This document shows positions 20,977-31,486 of a stretch of 64,000 bases of DNA, piece after piece. Location of the stretch: NCBI GenBank assembly GCA_965368165.1, contig CBDULT010000004.1, positions 90,349 to 154,348 of the forward strand, in the 5' to 3' direction. Origin of the DNA: an uncultured Thalassospiraceae bacterium. GTDB taxonomy: Bacteria; Pseudomonadota; Alphaproteobacteria; Rhodospirillales; JAPHRK01. The position numbers and the translations under genes are program-made. The first letter of the stretch is position 1; each line of letters opens with the position of its first letter. Under the pieces are notes generated by a model, which saw only the letters and a list, made by a program, of their open reading frames with translations, was not told the DNA's origin and searched no databases.

Positions 20977-22182
20977 ATGAGTGAACACTTCCAAGAAAAT
21001 GCTGAGATACTCAAAAAATATCTTACGCAGGGAAAACTCACTCAAGCTGTTGCTGTAATGGAGAGTTATACGACAAAAGCACCTTCTACAGGACGTCTTC
21101 TCTTAACCGCGTTACAAGATTGTCTTGTGGCGGGTGATCAGAAGGCTGTGGAAGATTTCTGCGAATTTGTTCCCCGTCACTTTGCGTTTAGAGGCATGTG
21201 TGAGTACGCATTGGCCTGTATTCGAGGGCGAGAATTGCAAATTGATAAGATGAGTTCCTTGGTCCGTGAAGGGCTTAAGAATGTTGCCATCGCAAAAGAT
21301 TTTTACAAAGACGACCCAGCTTTTATGTCGGGAATTCTTCCCTTTATGACACAACAGGCTAACCTGTTTGAGCCTGCTGATATAAAATTTGATAAGTTCA
21401 TTGATGAGCCAAAAGCTTTATTTAACGGGGGGGGATCCACTGAGGTTCCAAATGACAACGGCTTAGTATTTTCAGCCTGTAACGGCAAATATTTAGAGCG
21501 ATATTTTAGAGGCTATGCCGACAGTCTTTTTTCTTGTGGGTCGGAGTCAATTATCCATATTCACGTGGTCAACCCAACAGCCGCGAGTGACGAGATTATC
21601 AAAGATTTAACCAAGACGGGGAGGGTATTCTTTAGCACGGAAGAGTCTAAACTTGGCCCTTGTTATTTCGCCAGCAGCCGTATGCTGCTCTTGCCAAAAA
21701 TTCTTGAGCACTATAACCGTGATGTGATTGTCAGCGATATTGATATAAAATTCATTCGCCCCCCAGAACAAATTTTGGCCCAACTTGGTGAAAAACATTT
21801 TGGATGTTTCAAGAAAATAACCCCGGCACCAAATCTCACCTACCATGCCCAGTTATTGGCATTCAAAAATTCTCCGCAGGTCATCAGATTTATGGAAAGG
21901 GTGAATTATTACCTCAGAGGAAAGCTTGCCGAGCAGGAAATATGGACCGTGGATCAAACCGCTTTGATCTGGGCTTTAGGGGTTGGAAAGAAAGCAGATA
22001 GAGATTTTAAGAGCTTTATCCTGGATTTAAATAACATTTACCCTTCCATTGATACCTTCCAAATCCATGACCAAAGCACAGATATAAAAAGACAACTCCG
22101 CGACTATGAACACCAAAATAACCTCCTTGAGTTCGCCCTAGACGAAAATGGTAAGCCTTATCTGAGCAAGGTTGAAGAATAA
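20977..22182 (+). CDS. Hypothetical protein: helical N-terminal half plus a possible GT-A-like (nucleotide-sugar transferase-like) C-terminal half
   Basis: No firm motif. The C-terminal half has an alternating beta/alpha pattern (GLVFSACNGKY..IIHIHVVN..) and an acidic VSDIDIKF (DxD-like) motif. It looks somewhat more AT-rich than its neighbours in spot counts of single 60-nt lines. Confidence 0.4.
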   Translation: MSEHFQENAEILKKYLTQGKLTQAVAVMESYTTKAPSTGRLLLTALQDCLVAGDQKAVEDFCEFVPRHFAFRGMCEYALACIRGRELQIDKMSSLVREGLKNVAIAKDFYKDDPAFMSGILPFMTQQANLFEPADIKFDKFIDEPKALFNGGGSTEVPNDNGLVFSACNGKYLERYFRGYADSLFSCGSESIIHIHVVNPTAASDEIIKDLTKTGRVFFSTEESKLGPCYFASSRMLLLPKILEHYNRDVIVSDIDIKFIRPPEQILAQLGEKHFGCFKKITPAPNLTYHAQLLAFKNSPQVIRFMERVNYYLRGKLAEQEIWTVDQTALIWALGVGKKADRDFKSFILDLNNIYPSIDTFQIHDQSTDIKRQLRDYEHQNNLLEFALDENGKPYLSKVEE

Positions 22183-22196
22183 TAAGTGAGGCAAGG

Positions 22197-22232
22197 GGGC
22201 AAACAAAAAGGCCCCGCCAAATGGCAGGGCCT
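22197..22232 (-). terminator. Rho-independent terminator after glnA (hairpin shared with the convergent + strand gene)
   Basis: The minus strand reads AAGGCCC, a 12-nt loop, GGGCCTT, then TTTGTTTG. Confidence 0.75.
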
Positions 22233-22265
22233 TCTTTCGTGTCGAAAGTTCGACGCTACGGCTGT

Positions 22266-23687
22266 TTAGCAGCTGTAGTACATTTGGTACTCGACAGGGT
22301 GTGGGGTGTGTTCGAAGTTGTAGACTTCTTCCCACTTAAGGTCCATGTAGCCTTCGATCATGTCTTTGGTGAAGACGTCGCCTTGGGTCAGGAAGTCCAT
22401 GTCGGCTTCGAGAGAAACAAGAGCTTCACGCAAGGAACCGCAAACTGTTGGAACGTCGGCGAGTTCTTCTGGTGGCAGGTCATACAAGTTTTTGTCCATG
22501 GCATCGCCAGGGTGAATCTTGTTTTTGATGCCATCGAGACCAGCCATCAACATGGCGGTGAAAGCCAGGTATGGGTTCGCTGTACAGTCTGGGAACCGAA
22601 CTTCGACGCGTTTACCTTTAGGGTTAGACGCGAAGGGAATCCGACATGAAGCAGAGCGGTTGCGGGCAGAATAGGCCAACAATACAGGAGCTTCAAAGCC
22701 TGGAATCAGACGTTTGTACGAGTTGGTGGATGGGTTGGTGAATGCATTCAAAGCTTTAGCATGCTTGATGATACCACCGATGTAGTACAAGCAGGTGTCA
22801 GACAGGTCAGCATAACCAGAACCAGCCATCAAAGGCTTGCCGCCTTTCCAGATAGATTGGTGAACGTGCATACCAGAGCCGTTATCATCAATGATTGGCT
22901 TGGGCATGAAGGTTGCTGTTTTGCCATAGGTGTGAGCCACCATGTGAACAGCGTATTTATAGATTTGTACGTTATCAGCCGCTTTAACCAAGGTATCAAA
23001 GAGCATGCCGAGTTCGTGCTGAGAAGGGGCAACTTCGTGATGGTGCTTGTCCATCTGGAGACCCATTTCCTTACCAACTGCAACCATTTCGCCCCGAAGG
23101 TCATGAGCCGCGTCGACAGGAGGAACGGGGAAGTAGCCGCCTTTCGTTTTAGGACGGTGACCAACGTTGCCTTCTGCAAAAATTTTGCCGGAAACGTAGG
23201 GGGCTTCTTCTGAATCTACTTCATAGAAGTTTCTGTTTTGCTGAACGTCAAAACGAACATCGTCGAAAACGAAAAATTCTGGTTCCGCACCGAAGTAGGC
23301 AATATCGCCAATGCCGCTGGAAGCCAAGTAGGCCAGGCCTTTTTTGGCAACACCGCGAGGGTCGCGTTCGTAAGATTGGCCTGTTGATGGCTCAAGAATA
23401 TCACAGAATAAAATTAGACTGCTTTGGGCAGAGAAAGGATCCATCACTGCTGAGGTTGGATCGGGCATCAGGGTCATGTCTGATTCGTTAATAGCTTTCC
23501 AGCCTTCGATGGAAGAGCCATCAAACATAACGCCATCTTCAAAGGCGCCTTCGTCCATAGCGTCAGCACACATGGTAAGGTGCTGCCATTTGCCACGAGG
23601 GTCGGTAAAGCGAAGATCGATATATTCAATATCGTTTTCTTGAACCAGGTTGATAACGTCCTGAGCGTTTGTGCAATCAAAGGCCAT
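22266..23687 (-). CDS. glnA: Glutamine synthetase type I
   Basis: FDGSSIEGW, the GSGMHVHQS region and the adenylylation-loop sequence [10 protein letters not shown]. 473 aa. Confidence 0.97.
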   Translation of the reverse strand: MAFDCTNAQDVINLVQENDIEYIDLRFTDPRGKWQHLTMCADAMDEGAFEDGVMFDGSSIEGWKAINESDMTLMPDPTSAVMDPFSAQSSLILFCDILEPSTGQSYERDPRGVAKKGLAYLASSGIGDIAYFGAEPEFFVFDDVRFDVQQNRNFYEVDSEEAPYVSGKIFAEGNVGHRPKTKGGYFPVPPVDAAHDLRGEMVAVGKEMGLQMDKHHHEVAPSQHELGMLFDTLVKAADNVQIYKYAVHMVAHTYGKTATFMPKPIIDDNGSGMHVHQSIWKGGKPLMAGSGYADLSDTCLYYIGGIIKHAKALNAFTNPSTNSYKRLIPGFEAPVLLAYSARNRSASCRIPFASNPKGKRVEVRFPDCTANPYLAFTAMLMAGLDGIKNKIHPGDAMDKNLYDLPPEELADVPTVCGSLREALVSLEADMDFLTQGDVFTKDMIEGYMDLKWEEVYNFEHTPHPVEYQMYYSC

Positions 23688-23725
23688 CTCTAGCGTTTCC
23701 TCTTGCGTTTGCGATTAAGTTAAAT

Positions 23726-23768
23726 CAAAAAAATCGGCCTATAGCTAACTGTTAAAAACAGCCGATTT
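23726..23768 (-). terminator. Intercistronic hairpin with U-tract between glnB and glnA (partial terminator/attenuator)
   Basis: The minus strand reads AAATCGGC, a 22-nt loop containing a CTGTT/AACAG sub-stem, GCCGATTT, then TTTTTG. Confidence 0.55.
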
Positions 23769-23774
23769 CTCTCT

Positions 23775-24125
<351 letters not shown>

Positions 24126-24209
24126 CTAGCAGAAATAGTTTTCCAAATACATTTTTCATGCCCACCCGACCTAAAAATTAAACTAGGCCAGAGTAGGCGG
24201 CGGTACACT

Positions 24210-24225
24210 AGCAGCTTTCATGCCA
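24210..24225 (-). promoter_or_regulatory. Candidate sigma54 (-24/-12) promoter of glnBA
   Basis: The minus strand reads TGGCATGAAAGCTGCT, compared with the consensus TGGCACG-N4-TTGCW. GG/GC spacing is correct. The site is about 100 nt upstream of the glnB ATG. Confidence 0.55.
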
Positions 24226-24305
24226 TGTGCGAGTCTTTTGCGCAATTCCGCCAAAAAAACAGGGTAACCCCTGTGTTTGAAACAAAAAACCATGAATTGA
24301 ATGAT

Positions 24306-24327
24306 TAAAAAATAGGCAACTGCCTAT
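24306..24327 (-). terminator. Rho-independent terminator after the Sel1-repeat gene
   Basis: The minus strand reads ATAGGC, AGTT, GCCTAT, then TTTTTAATC. Confidence 0.6.
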
Positions 24328-24347
24328 TTGTGGGGCGTTATAGGGGG

Positions 24348-24845
24348 CTATTTAGCCTCTTGAAAGCGTTTTTGCCAGAGACCGACGAGACTCGCATCGC
24401 CCCCTTCAACGCCGCGATGAAATTTCACCATCCATTGCGAGAGGTGCTTTGTAAATTCAACGTCACCAGCCTTTTGTCCCAAGACATAAGCTTGATCGGC
24501 AAGCTGAACGCCTCGGTCAAAATCATATTTTATCCCCCGCCCAAGAAGGAGCTGGCGGCTGTAATTTCCATAGGCTTTATAAAAACCCCCATCGATGCTT
24601 TTTTCCCAATAAAGCTTAGCCTGAGTGAAATCCTTTTTTACCCCAAGACCGTTGACATAGAGTGCCGCTAAGAGGTTATGACATTTCGGGTCGTCACTTT
24701 TAACACAAGCTTCACGGGCCCCCGCAAAATCATTCTTACCAAAAGCTGTCTTTGCCTCTTTATAGTCCGCGTGAGCTGTCAGGGGAAAAGCCAGGACGAA
24801 TGACATGATGAGTGAAAGTGCTAATGTCGTATGGTTTAGGCCCAT
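24348..24845 (-). CDS. Secreted Sel1-like (SLR/TPR) repeat protein
   Basis: Signal peptide. Repeated A..Y..G.GV.KD...A..W motifs (LLAALYVNGLGVKKDFTQAKLYWEKS). Confidence 0.7.
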   Translation of the reverse strand: MGLNHTTLALSLIMSFVLAFPLTAHADYKEAKTAFGKNDFAGAREACVKSDDPKCHNLLAALYVNGLGVKKDFTQAKLYWEKSIDGGFYKAYGNYSRQLLLGRGIKYDFDRGVQLADQAYVLGQKAGDVEFTKHLSQWMVKFHRGVEGGDASLVGLWQKRFQEAK

Positions 24846-24979
24846 AGTTTCCTCGGTGCTTTAGTTTTATTTGTCGCTATTATCTTCTGAGTAACCTTGG
24901 TGTGTAAATGGGTTTTTTAATTTGGTGATTTTTTATAAGATTATTCATTAAAGCTGTCAGTCAGGGGTGTTGAAGGAAT

Positions 24980-25390
24980 ATGAATGATAATATTTCAAAT
25001 AAAAAAGTCGCGGCTGTTTTCCAGGCTTATCCTGAAAATATTAAATTGAAGTTGCTGACTTTACGGAAGTTAATTTTGAATACCGCTGCCAAAACAACAG
25101 GGGTCGGAGAGATTGAAGAGACCTTAAAGTGGGGGGAGCCGAGTTACCTAACACCAGAAACCAAAAGCGGCAGCACGATTAGAATTCATAGCAAAGCAAA
25201 GAGCAAACGCTATGGTATTTATTTTAATTGCCAAACGAAGTTGGTGGAACAATTTCGACAAAGATATGGTGATGAATTCACTTTTGAAGGCAACAGATGT
25301 ATTTCCTTTGATGAAAATGATGATATTCCTTTAGAGGCCCTAAGCCACTGTATATCGATGGCCCTGACGTATCATTTAGACAAAAAATAA
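24980..25390 (+). CDS. DUF1801 (YdhG-like) domain protein
   Basis: The pattern ..L..LR.LI......V.E..KWG.P.Y.. is typical of the DUF1801 family. 136 aa. Confidence 0.55.
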   Translation: MNDNISNKKVAAVFQAYPENIKLKLLTLRKLILNTAAKTTGVGEIEETLKWGEPSYLTPETKSGSTIRIHSKAKSKRYGIYFNCQTKLVEQFRQRYGDEFTFEGNRCISFDENDDIPLEALSHCISMALTYHLDKK

Positions 25391-25429
25391 CTGTCAGATG
25401 ATTTCACGGCCTATTTATGAGGCACCGCA

Positions 25430-26590
25430 ATGAAAAGTGTTGGTAACAAAATTATCTCTAGCTATGGAACGACTATTTTCCAGACCATGTCTGTCCTGGC
25501 TATGGAGCATAAATCTGTCAACCTAGGGCAGGGATTTCCGGAAGGATTGGAGCCGGAGGATGTGTTGGAAGTGGCTGCTAAAGCGGTGCGAGAAGGGCCT
25601 CATCAGTATCCGCATATGATGGGCATTCCTGAACTCCGCCAACAAATTGCGGCCCATGAAAAACGGTTTTATGACCTGGATGTGGATTGGAATACAGAAG
25701 TGATGGTGACCTCTGGGGCGACGGAAGCTCTGGCGGATTGTATTTTTGGTTTGGTTAATCCTGGTGATGAAGTGGTTTTGATTGAACCGCTTTATGATTG
25801 TTATCTTCCCTTGGTTCAAAGGGCAGGGGGGATTGCTAAGATGGTGCGGATTGAACCGCCCAATTGGGAATTACCTCGGGAAGCCTTGCAAAAAGCTTTC
25901 TCGAACAAAACTAAGCTAATCATTCTCAATAACCCCAATAATCCTTGTGCCAAGGTTTACACTCAAGATGAACTTTCCTTCATTGCCGGCTTATTGGAAA
26001 AACACGATGCCTATGCGGTGTGTGACGAAGTTTATGAGCATCTTGTTTTCGACGGACGCTCCCATATACCCTTGATGACTTTGCCGGGCATGCGGGAACG
26101 GTGCGTGCACATTGCTTCGGCAGGCAAAACCTTTTCCATTACCAGTTGGAAAGTGGGCTACATTGTGGCGGCTCCGGCTTTGCTGCAACCCATTGCCAAG
26201 ACCCACCAGTTTATCACTTTTACCACCCCGACGGGGCTGCAAAAAGGGGTGGCCTATGGATTGGGGAAAGATGATGCTTATTTTGACGGGCTGATTACCG
26301 ATATGCAGACGCGACGGGACAAACTGTCCTCAGGTCTGCGGGAGATCGGTTTTGAGACATTGGATTGTGCCGGGACTTATTTTCTAACCACGGATTTTTC
26401 TCCCTTAGGCTTTAAAGGTGACGATAGTGAATTTTGCCGACATATCACCATCGAGGCCGGGGTTGCTGCGGTTCCGGTGAGTGCTTTTTATCAGGAAGCC
26501 GATGTCACTCACTTTGCCCGCTTCTGTTTTGCCAAGGAAGATGCGGCGATTGATGAGGCCCTTTCGCGATTAAAGAAATTTTTTGGCTAG
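25430..26590 (+). CDS. Class I/II PLP-dependent aminotransferase (YbdL/kynurenine-aminotransferase-like)
   Basis: NLGQGFP, NNPNNPCAKVY and the PLP-lysine region SAGKTFSITSWKVGY. 386 aa. Confidence 0.85.
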   Translation: MKSVGNKIISSYGTTIFQTMSVLAMEHKSVNLGQGFPEGLEPEDVLEVAAKAVREGPHQYPHMMGIPELRQQIAAHEKRFYDLDVDWNTEVMVTSGATEALADCIFGLVNPGDEVVLIEPLYDCYLPLVQRAGGIAKMVRIEPPNWELPREALQKAFSNKTKLIILNNPNNPCAKVYTQDELSFIAGLLEKHDAYAVCDEVYEHLVFDGRSHIPLMTLPGMRERCVHIASAGKTFSITSWKVGYIVAAPALLQPIAKTHQFITFTTPTGLQKGVAYGLGKDDAYFDGLITDMQTRRDKLSSGLREIGFETLDCAGTYFLTTDFSPLGFKGDDSEFCRHITIEAGVAAVPVSAFYQEADVTHFARFCFAKEDAAIDEALSRLKKFFG

Positions 26591-26647
26591 GCATATTGGG
26601 TGCTTAGGTTTATTACGCTTTCTTCTCATTGATAGAGGGACGATGCT

Positions 26648-27619
26648 GTGACTGCTGACATTATTGCGAACTGCCTGACAGATGCTCATATTCCAGAACT
26701 GCCTAACCATTACCGGGGCAAAGTAAGGGAAGCTTATACCTTGCCAAATGGCGAGATTATCATGATTGTCACAGATCGCCAGTCTGCTTTCGATCAAATT
26801 TTGGCGGCAGTGCCCTATAAAGGCCAAGTGCTTAACCAAACAGCCCAGTTTTGGTTTGAGGCCACAGCCGATATTTGTCCCAACCATGTGATCAGTCTGC
26901 CTGACCCTAATGTTGTTGTCGGCCGTACCCTGGATATGTTGCCCATTGAGATGGTGGTGCGCGATTATATGACGGGTTCAACCGAAACCAGTATTTGGCC
27001 CATGTATAAAAGAGGCGAGCGGGTGCTTTACGGCCATGAGTTTCCTGAAGGTTTGAGCAAAAATCAAAAGCTCCCCAGCACTATTTTAACCCCAACAACC
27101 AAAGCGGACCAAGGGGAACATGACGCCCCAATCTCGCCCCAAGATGTGGTTGCAACCGGACTGTTGAGCCAAGAGGTTTGGGACGAATTAGCCCGGATTA
27201 GTTTGGCGTTGTTTGCCAGGGGGAGGGAGATTGCGGCAAAGAACGGCCTTATCCTCGTCGACACAAAATACGAATTCGGACTAGACCCCAAGGGCAGAAT
27301 TACCCTTGCTGATGAAATCCATACCCCGGATTCAAGCCGCTTCTGGTTGGCCGAAAGCTATCAACAACGCTTAGCTGAAGGAAAAGAACCCGATAGCCTG
27401 GATAAAGAATTTCTTCGGCTGTGGATTAGCAGCCGTTGCGACCCCTATAAAGACCCTATCCCTGATATTCCTGATGACACGCTGATGGAATTCAGCGATC
27501 GATACATCAAACTCTATGAGCAGGTAACTGGGAAAGTTTTTGAACGTGCGCCACTGGATCGTTCAGTCAAGGAGCGGGTGCGTGAGAATATATCGAAGGC
27601 ATTCCCTCAGTTTTTTTAA
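26648..27619 (+). CDS. purC: Phosphoribosylaminoimidazole-succinocarboxamide synthase (long form)
   Basis: YRGKVREAYTL, IVTDRQSAFD, LILVDTKYEFG and DEIHTPDSSRFW motifs. GTG start. Confidence 0.9.
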   Translation: MTADIIANCLTDAHIPELPNHYRGKVREAYTLPNGEIIMIVTDRQSAFDQILAAVPYKGQVLNQTAQFWFEATADICPNHVISLPDPNVVVGRTLDMLPIEMVVRDYMTGSTETSIWPMYKRGERVLYGHEFPEGLSKNQKLPSTILTPTTKADQGEHDAPISPQDVVATGLLSQEVWDELARISLALFARGREIAAKNGLILVDTKYEFGLDPKGRITLADEIHTPDSSRFWLAESYQQRLAEGKEPDSLDKEFLRLWISSRCDPYKDPIPDIPDDTLMEFSDRYIKLYEQVTGKVFERAPLDRSVKERVRENISKAFPQFF

Positions 27620-27669
27620 GGCTTTGCTAGCATTTTGCATGATTAATAAATGAGGGGTTTGAAAAACTT

Positions 27670-29535
27670 ATGAGTTCGGAACTAATTCCGCTCGCTGAAA
27701 CGTCCTTTCATATGTGGGCAGTCTTCGCGTTGATCACTGCTGCCCTGTATGTTTATGCGACGGATAAATTTTCAATTGAGATCACCTCACTTTTGGTGAT
27801 CTGCCTATTGATGGTCTTTTTCAGCACTTTTCCGATCTTAGATGATCACGGTAAAAACCTCATGGAGGTTAAACGAATCCTCCATGGCTTTGCTAACTCA
27901 GCCTTGTTGACGGTGCTGGCCTTGCTCGTGGTAGGTCAAGGAATGGTACGGACCGGGGTGTTGGAATTTGGGGCACAATTTGTTCTTAAAATCGGTAGGG
28001 GGCATCTGCTTCTGACCCTCTTTATGGTTTTGGTGATCGTGACTACGACCAGTGCTTTCCTCAACAACATCCCTGTTGTTGTGATTTTTATTCCTATCAT
28101 GCAAACCATGGCGGCTAAGATGGGTCGCCCCGCCAGTAAATTGATGATGCCCCTTTCCTTTGCTGCCGTTCTTGGGGGTATGACCACTTTGATCGGGTCA
28201 GGCACCAACCTGTTGGTGTCATCTGCTTTGATTGGTTTGGAGTTGGAGCCGCTTGGTTTTTTTGAATTCACAATCCCTGGGCTGGTGATGGCGGGGGCAG
28301 GTTTGGCCTATATCGTTTTTGTTGCGCCTTTGCTGTTGCCCTCCAGAGAAGGCGAAGAAGCAACCAACGGGGGGACTGGAAAACAATTTATTGCTGAGAT
28401 TTCAGTTTCCAGGAATTCTCCTTTAGTGGGGGAAGTGCCTTTGGGAGGCATATTTAAAGCCCTGCCGGATATGACGGTCCGTTCGATCCAGCGCGGTAAC
28501 AGAGGAACCATCCTGCCCCCCTTTGAGGATTATGAAATTGCGCCACGGGATGTTCTTGTTGTTGCGGCAACGCGGAAAGTTTTTTACGAAGCCTTGACTA
28601 AAAACCCAGGTCTTCTGACCGAAGAAGTTCCCGACATTCTTGATCAAAAATCTGGCAAGCTGAAACCATGGAAAGAAGGGGATCATATGATTGCTGAGGT
28701 TATGGTAACCCCAGCTTCACAGATGATTGGTCAAACCCTTAACCAAATTGATTTTCATTTCCGCACCCATTGCCTTGTCGCCGGGGTTCAACGTCGTTCT
28801 CGAATGGCTCGATCGCGCATGACGGATATCCGTTTAGCCGCAGGAGACGTTTTGCTGGTTCAGGGACATCCCAAAGATGTCAACGCCTTGCGGGCAGAAC
28901 GCGATATGGTGCTGCTGGAATGGTCAACAGAGGAAATGCCAAAACAAACCCATGCCCGTCGTGCAACCACAATTTTTGCTTTAGTCGTGCTTGTTGCGGC
29001 ATCAGGGTTGCTGCCAATTGTCACTGCCGCAATGGCAGGGGCTGTTGCCATGGTTCTGACCGGAGTGATGAACCTCAAACAAGCCACCCAGGCGGTCGAT
29101 TCTAAAGTTGTTACCACCATCGCAGCCGCATTGGCACTTGGAGCCTCTATGGAGGTTACGGGAGGGGCAGGGTACCTCGCCAATCTTATGCTTTATGCTT
29201 TAGGGGACGCTGGCCCCGCTGTGGCTTTGTCGGCATTTTTCCTCTTGGTTGCTATCTTGGCAAACCTCATCAGTGCCAAGACCACTGCCGTTCTCTTTAC
29301 GCCAATCGGAATTGGTATTGCGAAAGCCCTGGGCATGGACCCTGCCATCTTTGCTATTGCCGTGGTGTTTGCGGCTAACTGTGCCTTTGCGACGCCGATT
29401 GCTTATCAAACGAGCCTCTTGGTCATGGGACCGGGTGATTACAAGTTTGCTGATTTTATCAAGGCGGGAACCCCCCTTGTGATTTGGCTCTGGATCGTCT
29501 TTAGTTTCTTTGCGCCATGGTATTATGGCTTATGA
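27670..29535 (+). CDS. SLC13/DASS-type (citrate-transporter-like) permease with central TrkA-C (RCK_C) domains
   Basis: Two multi-helix membrane halves flank a ~200-aa soluble insert. The insert has two repeats of the ..G.TL..I.F......V..V.R......P.....L..GD.L.V.G type. Confidence 0.65.
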   Translation: MSSELIPLAETSFHMWAVFALITAALYVYATDKFSIEITSLLVICLLMVFFSTFPILDDHGKNLMEVKRILHGFANSALLTVLALLVVGQGMVRTGVLEFGAQFVLKIGRGHLLLTLFMVLVIVTTTSAFLNNIPVVVIFIPIMQTMAAKMGRPASKLMMPLSFAAVLGGMTTLIGSGTNLLVSSALIGLELEPLGFFEFTIPGLVMAGAGLAYIVFVAPLLLPSREGEEATNGGTGKQFIAEISVSRNSPLVGEVPLGGIFKALPDMTVRSIQRGNRGTILPPFEDYEIAPRDVLVVAATRKVFYEALTKNPGLLTEEVPDILDQKSGKLKPWKEGDHMIAEVMVTPASQMIGQTLNQIDFHFRTHCLVAGVQRRSRMARSRMTDIRLAAGDVLLVQGHPKDVNALRAERDMVLLEWSTEEMPKQTHARRATTIFALVVLVAASGLLPIVTAAMAGAVAMVLTGVMNLKQATQAVDSKVVTTIAAALALGASMEVTGGAGYLANLMLYALGDAGPAVALSAFFLLVAILANLISAKTTAVLFTPIGIGIAKALGMDPAIFAIAVVFAANCAFATPIAYQTSLLVMGPGDYKFADFIKAGTPLVIWLWIVFSFFAPWYYGL

Positions 29536-30077
29536 TTGTGCGCAAAAATGCTTTTGTTCTACGGAGTGTTTTTTGGGCCATGGGCGGGGCGGCTATAGTC
29601 TCAGCCCTTGTCGTTTCTGTTATGGGTTATGCTATTTTCACAACATCTGAAGTCGCCAAGATGGTGTTGCTGGAGATGGGGAATTGGTTTGACTACATCT
29701 ATTTTGAAGGGGTGGATGAGGCCCTTGTTGAAGCCTTTCAAGAAACCATTGAACAAGCCGCTGAGGTCGCTCTTTTTCTTTACGGAATCTGGTATGCTTT
29801 CCCCTTGTTTTTGAAGGCAGTCCTCACCCAAATTGGTCTCTGTATGGTGAAATGGGAGAGTTTGGGGCAGTATCTCACCGTTGGCTATATTGTCGGAGCC
29901 CTTTTTAGCTTAAAGCCGTTGCTCTTAAACACATCAGAGACAATAGAGCAGGTGTCAGAAACAGAGAGCGATATCATGTTTACTGCTTTTGCTCTTGATG
30001 GCCCCGCTTTGGCTGCAACTCTTTTTATTGTTTGGTATTTTTCCTATGAAAAAGTCAGCAGGGACCTAAAACTTTGA
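29532..30077 (+). CDS. Hypothetical membrane protein, translationally coupled to the upstream permease
   Basis: ATGA start/stop overlap at 29532-29535 (an alternative ATG is at 29517). About 4 hydrophobic helices. No motif recognised. Confidence 0.45.
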   Translation: MIVRKNAFVLRSVFWAMGGAAIVSALVVSVMGYAIFTTSEVAKMVLLEMGNWFDYIYFEGVDEALVEAFQETIEQAAEVALFLYGIWYAFPLFLKAVLTQIGLCMVKWESLGQYLTVGYIVGALFSLKPLLLNTSETIEQVSETESDIMFTAFALDGPALAATLFIVWYFSYEKVSRDLKL

Positions 30078-30233
30078 GCTAAATTTGTTTTACGTCTTGT
30101 TGGGACATGCCGTAAAATATAGCCTTTCCACACATCTTGATTGACTCTTTCTTTAACTCCCCCTAGAAACATCGGCGGGCCACAGCCCCCCAACGGGTTG
30201 CGCTCATCTGTGAGGATGGGAGGAAAATATATT

Positions 30234-31403
30234 ATGACATCCGCAAATCAAAAGCCGACTGTTCGGCCAAACAATCCTAATTTTTCATCTGGGCCTTGCG
30301 CCAAACGTCCCGGTTTTTCAATCGAGGCTCTTAATGATGCTTGCTTAGGTCGTTCTCACCGGGCCAAACCCGGTAAGGCAAAACTCAAAGACGTTATCGA
30401 TCGCTCTAAGGCCATCCTCGGTATTCCCGATGACTACCTTGTGGGCATCGTGCCCGGTTCTGATACCGGTGCTGTAGAAATGGCTTTATGGTCGCTTCTG
30501 GGTGCCCGTGGCGTCGATATGCTGGCATGGGAAAGCTTCGGCTCAGGCTGGGTTTCCGATGTGCTTAAGCAGCTTAAAATCGATGACGTTCGGTCCCATA
30601 AAGCTGACTACGGTCAACTCCCCGACCTGTCCAAAGTTGATTTCAATCGCGACGTTGTTTTCACCTGGAACGGCACCACATCCGGTGTTTGTGTCCCGAA
30701 CGGTGACTGGATCGATGCAGACCGCCAAGGATTGACCATTTGTGACGCAACCTCAGCCGCCTTCGCCATGGATTTGGCTTGGGATAAACTGGATGTGGTT
30801 ACCTGGTCTTGGCAAAAGGTAATGGGCGGTGAAGCCGCTCATGGCATGATCGTTCTCAGCCCGCGCGCTGTTCAACGGTTGGAAAGCTACAACCCACCCT
30901 GGCCAATGCCGAAAATTTTCCGCCTGACAAAGGCTGGTAAATTGATCAGCGGTATTTTCACAGGAGCAACCATCAACACGCCTTCTATGATTGCTGTTGA
31001 AGACGCTCTTGATGGCCTTAAGTGGGCTGAAAGCATTGGCGGCCAAAAAGCTCTTCAAATGCGTTCTGAAGGTAATATGGCAGCCATCTCTGCTTGGGTT
31101 GAAAAAACTGATTGGGTTGACTTCCTCGCTCAAGAGGTTGCCACCCGTTCTTGCACCTCTGTTTGCCTTGTTGTCACGGCGCCTTGGTTTACCAAGCTGT
31201 CGGCTGATGACCAAGCTGCAGCCGCCAAGAAGATGGTTACTTTGCTTGATGGCGAAGGTGTTGCTTACGATATTGGCGCTTACCGGGATGCCCCTGCGGG
31301 CTTGCGGATTTGGGCTGGTGCGACTGTAGAGCAATCTGACCTTGAAGCTCTGTTCCCCTGGCTCGATTGGGCCGCTGCGGAACTCGAAGCCGAAAACGCT
31401 TAA
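30234..31403 (+). CDS. serC: Phosphoserine aminotransferase (alphaproteobacterial/archaeal-type)
   Basis: [15 protein letters not shown]-terminus, class V aminotransferase fold, directly upstream of serA. ATG 30234 with a GGGAGGA RBS is preferred over TTG 30141. Confidence 0.88.
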   Translation: MTSANQKPTVRPNNPNFSSGPCAKRPGFSIEALNDACLGRSHRAKPGKAKLKDVIDRSKAILGIPDDYLVGIVPGSDTGAVEMALWSLLGARGVDMLAWESFGSGWVSDVLKQLKIDDVRSHKADYGQLPDLSKVDFNRDVVFTWNGTTSGVCVPNGDWIDADRQGLTICDATSAAFAMDLAWDKLDVVTWSWQKVMGGEAAHGMIVLSPRAVQRLESYNPPWPMPKIFRLTKAGKLISGIFTGATINTPSMIAVEDALDGLKWAESIGGQKALQMRSEGNMAAISAWVEKTDWVDFLAQEVATRSCTSVCLVVTAPWFTKLSADDQAAAAKKMVTLLDGEGVAYDIGAYRDAPAGLRIWAGATVEQSDLEALFPWLDWAAAELEAENA

Positions 31404-31486
31404 TCCAAAAAATGTAAGGAAGACTCTTGGGCTATTATTAATTGATAGCCTAAGAGCTCCTCCTTCTCCTAGGGAGAGATAGACCT

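Noticed and set aside
30078-30233. A possible alphaproteobacterial serC leader RNA motif upstream of serC (CACAG...CTGTG stem enclosing CCC/GGG).
   Set aside because: The stems are short and I cannot recall the Rfam serC-leader consensus well enough to align it. It is left as something a cmscan would settle rather than a claim.
30753-31334. A 193-aa ORF antisense to serC. Similar long antisense ORFs lie in ilvD (17955..18488), aorB (35183..35713), glnA (22221..22649, 22761..23213) and dnaB (52434..52865).
   Set aside because: Each lies wholly inside a gene with unambiguous conserved motifs on the other strand. The products are Arg/Ser/Pro-rich with no motifs.
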